DNA of 8,181 nucleotides from Candidatus Diapherotrites archaeon CG08_land_8_20_14_0_20_30_16 (GTDB taxonomy: Archaea > Iainarchaeota > Iainarchaeia > Iainarchaeales > 0-14-0-20-30-16), in assembly GCA_002779075.1 (NCBI GenBank), contig PEXK01000033.1, forward strand, positions 1 to 8,181, written 5' to 3'. Positions within the stretch are counted from its first letter, which is position 1. Each line of letters begins with the position of its first letter. The notes beneath the pieces were generated by a model. That model saw only the letters and a program-made list of their open reading frames with translations, had not been told where the DNA came from and did no database searches. The translations under genes were made by a program, and so were the position numbers. Below are positions 6,487 to 8,181 of this stretch, piece by piece.

Positions 6487-6845
6487 AAATACTCCCGATA
6501 TCTTCTTAAAGTAGAATAATGATGTAAATTATCTTGATACTCTCTTAAATTTTTATAAAACTCAAAAGCATATTTGTTTTCGTCATTTATAAATATTTGT
6601 TTTCCATGTTTAAATGCTTCAACTTTTACATGAAAGGGTAGTTTGTTGTCTGGTATAACATCAAATTGTTCTGTTTTTAGTTTTTCTATTTCCCAAACCT
6701 TATTTTTATCGTGATTTTTTAAAAAAACACAAATATCATAATCGGAATTAGGTTTTTCTGTTCCCTTTGTTCTAGATCCGAATAATACTGTTGCAATTAC
6801 ATTATCATTCTTTTTTAAAGTGGAAATTAAAGTATTATAATCCAT
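6477..6845 (-). CDS. mntA: MntA antitoxin (minimal polymerase-beta-family nucleotidyltransferase) of the type VII TA pair
   Basis: The NTase signature G-S-x10-D-x-D (LFGSRTKGTEKPNSDYDICVF) is encoded at 6735-6779. The TAG stop at 6477-6479 overlaps the hepT ATG (6484-6486), giving a 10-nt gene overlap. The start is ambiguous: ATG at 6845 (MDYNTLISTLKK..., preferred) or in-frame GTG at 6866 as in the ORF track. Confidence 0.88.
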   Translation of the reverse strand: MDYNTLISTLKKNDNVIATVLFGSRTKGTEKPNSDYDICVFLKNHDKNKVWEIEKLKTEQFDVIPDNKLPFHVKVEAFKHGKQIFINDENKYAFEFYKNLREYQDNLHHYSTLRRYREYLWT

Positions 6846-6900
6846 AGTAATATATGTAACTAACACTTTTTAATCCTTTTGCAATTTCAATCAAAAACTA

Positions 6901-6920
6901 AGAAAGGTTTATATATATAT
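6901..6920 (+). promoter_or_regulatory. Archaeal BRE/TATA-like promoter element in the divergent intergenic region
   Basis: AGAAAGG-TTTATATATATAT: a purine-rich BRE-like stretch directly 5' of a TTTATATA box (6908-6915). It lies about 75 nt upstream of the ATG at 6989. The (TA)n core is nearly palindromic, so it could also serve mntA on the - strand. Confidence 0.45.
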
Positions 6921-6975
6921 TTAAGATATTTCTAATAGCAATTTGCTAGCCTTAGAACTAGCTTTTGTATGAAGT

Positions 6976-6985
6976 AGGAAGGGAT
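6976..6985 (+). promoter_or_regulatory. Shine-Dalgarno site for the CDS starting at 6989
   Basis: AGGAAGGGAT matches AGGAGGTGAT at 8 of 10 positions and ends 3 nt before the ATG. Confidence 0.55.
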
Positions 6986-6988
6986 TAT

Positions 6989-8181
6989 ATGTTTAATTAT
7001 CATTTTAGTAAACTGTTTGTTTTTACATCAATGTTCTTATTTTTGCTAAGCTTTGGTTTTGCTATAACTATTTCTGGTTGTTTGGGGGACGTGAATTCAG
7101 ATTATATTGGTACTCAATTGGTATTAGATTCAAATATTCCTATGTTGGGCCCAGATCCCTGCTTTGATTTAAATGCTGATTTTGATAATAACTATTTTGA
7201 TTTAAATTGTAATGGAAATTATCTTCTATTAGGTGGTGCAAATTTTTTTGAAATTGATCAAAGTATAGATAAAATATATCTTCGCAATTGTAATTTGGTT
7301 GTATCAACACCTATAGTTTATTTTCATATTTTATCTGATTTAAATCAATTATTTGTTTTAGATAGTAATATTTTAGTATCTACAACAGGGAGTTTTTTCA
7401 TTAAATTAGATGCTTTTAGTAACTCTACTCTGGATTTAAATTTTTATGGTTCGGATTTCAATTTGCAAAATGATGGTCAATTAATAAATATTTTAGATTC
7501 AAACATAAGCACATTAACTATGTCTGATGTAAATTTAATTGATATTGATGATTCTAATATTGTATGGATTGAAGGCAATAACGATGTAAATGTTTTAGAT
7601 TTAAGCTTTTTGGGCACAACAATTTTGCAAGATTCAACATTAGTGAAATTGAAAAGTGATGATTCAGAAATAACAATGAATTTCAATGATAGTGATTTTA
7701 ATATTCAAGGTGATCAAGGAACAGCAATACAAGTAGATAGTGCAATAACTTCTGTTACAGTTAATGATTTGAATATTGTTGATTTTGGAACGCATGCTGT
7801 TTATTCAATATCCGGAGATGTAAATTATTTTGTATCTAATCTAACTTCTGGAATTACAATAGCAAATACAACTGCTAATTTATTTGTGTTTGTAGGTGTT
7901 GATGATGGTGAATTAAATATAAATATGAGCAATTCTGATTTGAATTTTGCAAATGATGTTTTTTGGTTTGATGGTTCAGATATAAATAATTTGAATATAT
8001 ATAATCTGGCTTTAGGAGATTCAACAAATTTATTTACATCAATAAATGATGCAAATCTTTATAATTTATATTTATATGATTCAAATGTAAGATTTGATAC
8101 TTTGTTTGATGTAAATGGTATTGTTACTGGAAAGGTCTGGAATAATGTTCTTGTTGACAAGAATACAGATAATAATAATAT
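6989..8181 (+). CDS. Putative lipoprotein / secreted parallel beta-helix repeat (adhesin-like) protein, 3'-partial (397 codons visible, runs off the window). Not present in the supplied ORF track.
   Basis: Hand translation in frame 2 from the ATG at 6989 to base 8181 has no stop. An in-frame TAG at 6959-6961 bounds it upstream.
- N-terminus MFNYHFSKLFVFTSMFLFLLSFGFAITISGC has a lipobox-like I-S-G-C, with the Cys codon at 7079-7081.
- From ~7271 onward there are about 10 consecutive 23-29 aa coils of the pattern h-x-h-x-x-S/D-x-h-x...N/D, for example NISTLTMSDVNLIDIDDSNIVWIEGNN / DVNVLDLSFLGTTILQDSTLVKLKSDD / SEITMNFNDSDFNIQGDQGTAIQVDSA / ITSVTVNDLNIVDFGTHAVYSISGDV.
- Codon usage matches the neighbouring genes. 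Confidence 0.85.
   Translation, partial: MFNYHFSKLFVFTSMFLFLLSFGFAITISGCLGDVNSDYIGTQLVLDSNIPMLGPDPCFDLNADFDNNYFDLNCNGNYLLLGGANFFEIDQSIDKIYLRNCNLVVSTPIVYFHILSDLNQLFVLDSNILVSTTGSFFIKLDAFSNSTLDLNFYGSDFNLQNDGQLINILDSNISTLTMSDVNLIDIDDSNIVWIEGNNDVNVLDLSFLGTTILQDSTLVKLKSDDSEITMNFNDSDFNIQGDQGTAIQVDSAITSVTVNDLNIVDFGTHAVYSISGDVNYFVSNLTSGITIANTTANLFVFVGVDDGELNINMSNSDLNFANDVFWFDGSDINNLNIYNLALGDSTNLFTSINDANLYNLYLYDSNVRFDTLFDVNGIVTGKVWNNVLVDKNTDNNN

Noticed and set aside
7477-7686. 69-aa minus-strand ORF, the only track entry in the 6989-8181 region
   Set aside because: It is nested antisense within the 397-codon open + strand frame, which has an SD, a signal peptide and periodic repeats. The short ORF has no supporting features.
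1-8181. Diversity-generating retroelement (TR/VR pair), CRISPR array, IS element, tRNA or rRNA
   Set aside because: I looked for long near-identical DNA repeats with A-specific mismatches, regularly spaced direct repeats, terminal inverted repeats, transposase or RT ORFs, and cloverleaf-like GC-rich segments. Only short motif-encoded repeats of about 20 nt (FDVNxGG) were seen, and no RT, Cas or transposase coding capacity. A by-eye scan cannot fully exclude diverged repeats; a self-dot-plot would settle it.

Overview
Visibly AT-rich locus that looks archaeal. Supporting signs are a PGF-pre-PGF domain, a BRE/TATA-like TTTATATA box, oligo-T terminators, and Shine-Dalgarno sites complementary to the GATCACCTCC 16S tail. 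No rRNA, tRNA, CRISPR array, transposase or long DNA repeat was seen.

Five genes are supported:
(1) A giant secreted protein on the + strand. Its reading frame is open to base 1, so it is 5'-truncated by the window, and the TTG 'start' at 67 in the ORF track is an artefact. It consists of about 8 tandem beta-sandwich-like modules that share a terminal signature, followed by a transthyretin-like segment and a C-terminal CBM/jelly-roll-like domain. It has no membrane anchor.
(2) A surface protein whose start lies 13 nt downstream of the first gene's stop, behind a strong SD. It has a signal peptide, S/T-rich Ig/CARDB-like domains, a P/G hinge, a PGF-pre-PGF domain, an acidic Thr-rich linker, a C-terminal TM helix and a basic tail.
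(3, 4) A convergently oriented MntA (minimal nucleotidyltransferase) and HepT (HEPN/DUF86 RNase) type VII toxin-antitoxin pair with overlapping genes.
(5) A + strand ORF from 6989 to the right edge (397+ codons, no stop) that the supplied ORF track does not list. It encodes a lipobox signal peptide followed by about 25-27 aa coils typical of a parallel beta-helix adhesin-like protein.

The most interesting hypothesis is that genes 1 and 2 (possibly also 5) form an uncharacterised cell-surface or host-contact apparatus, with an unanchored giant glycan-binding protein paired with a membrane-anchored PGF-pre-PGF partner. This is inference from sequence features only; no searches could be run.
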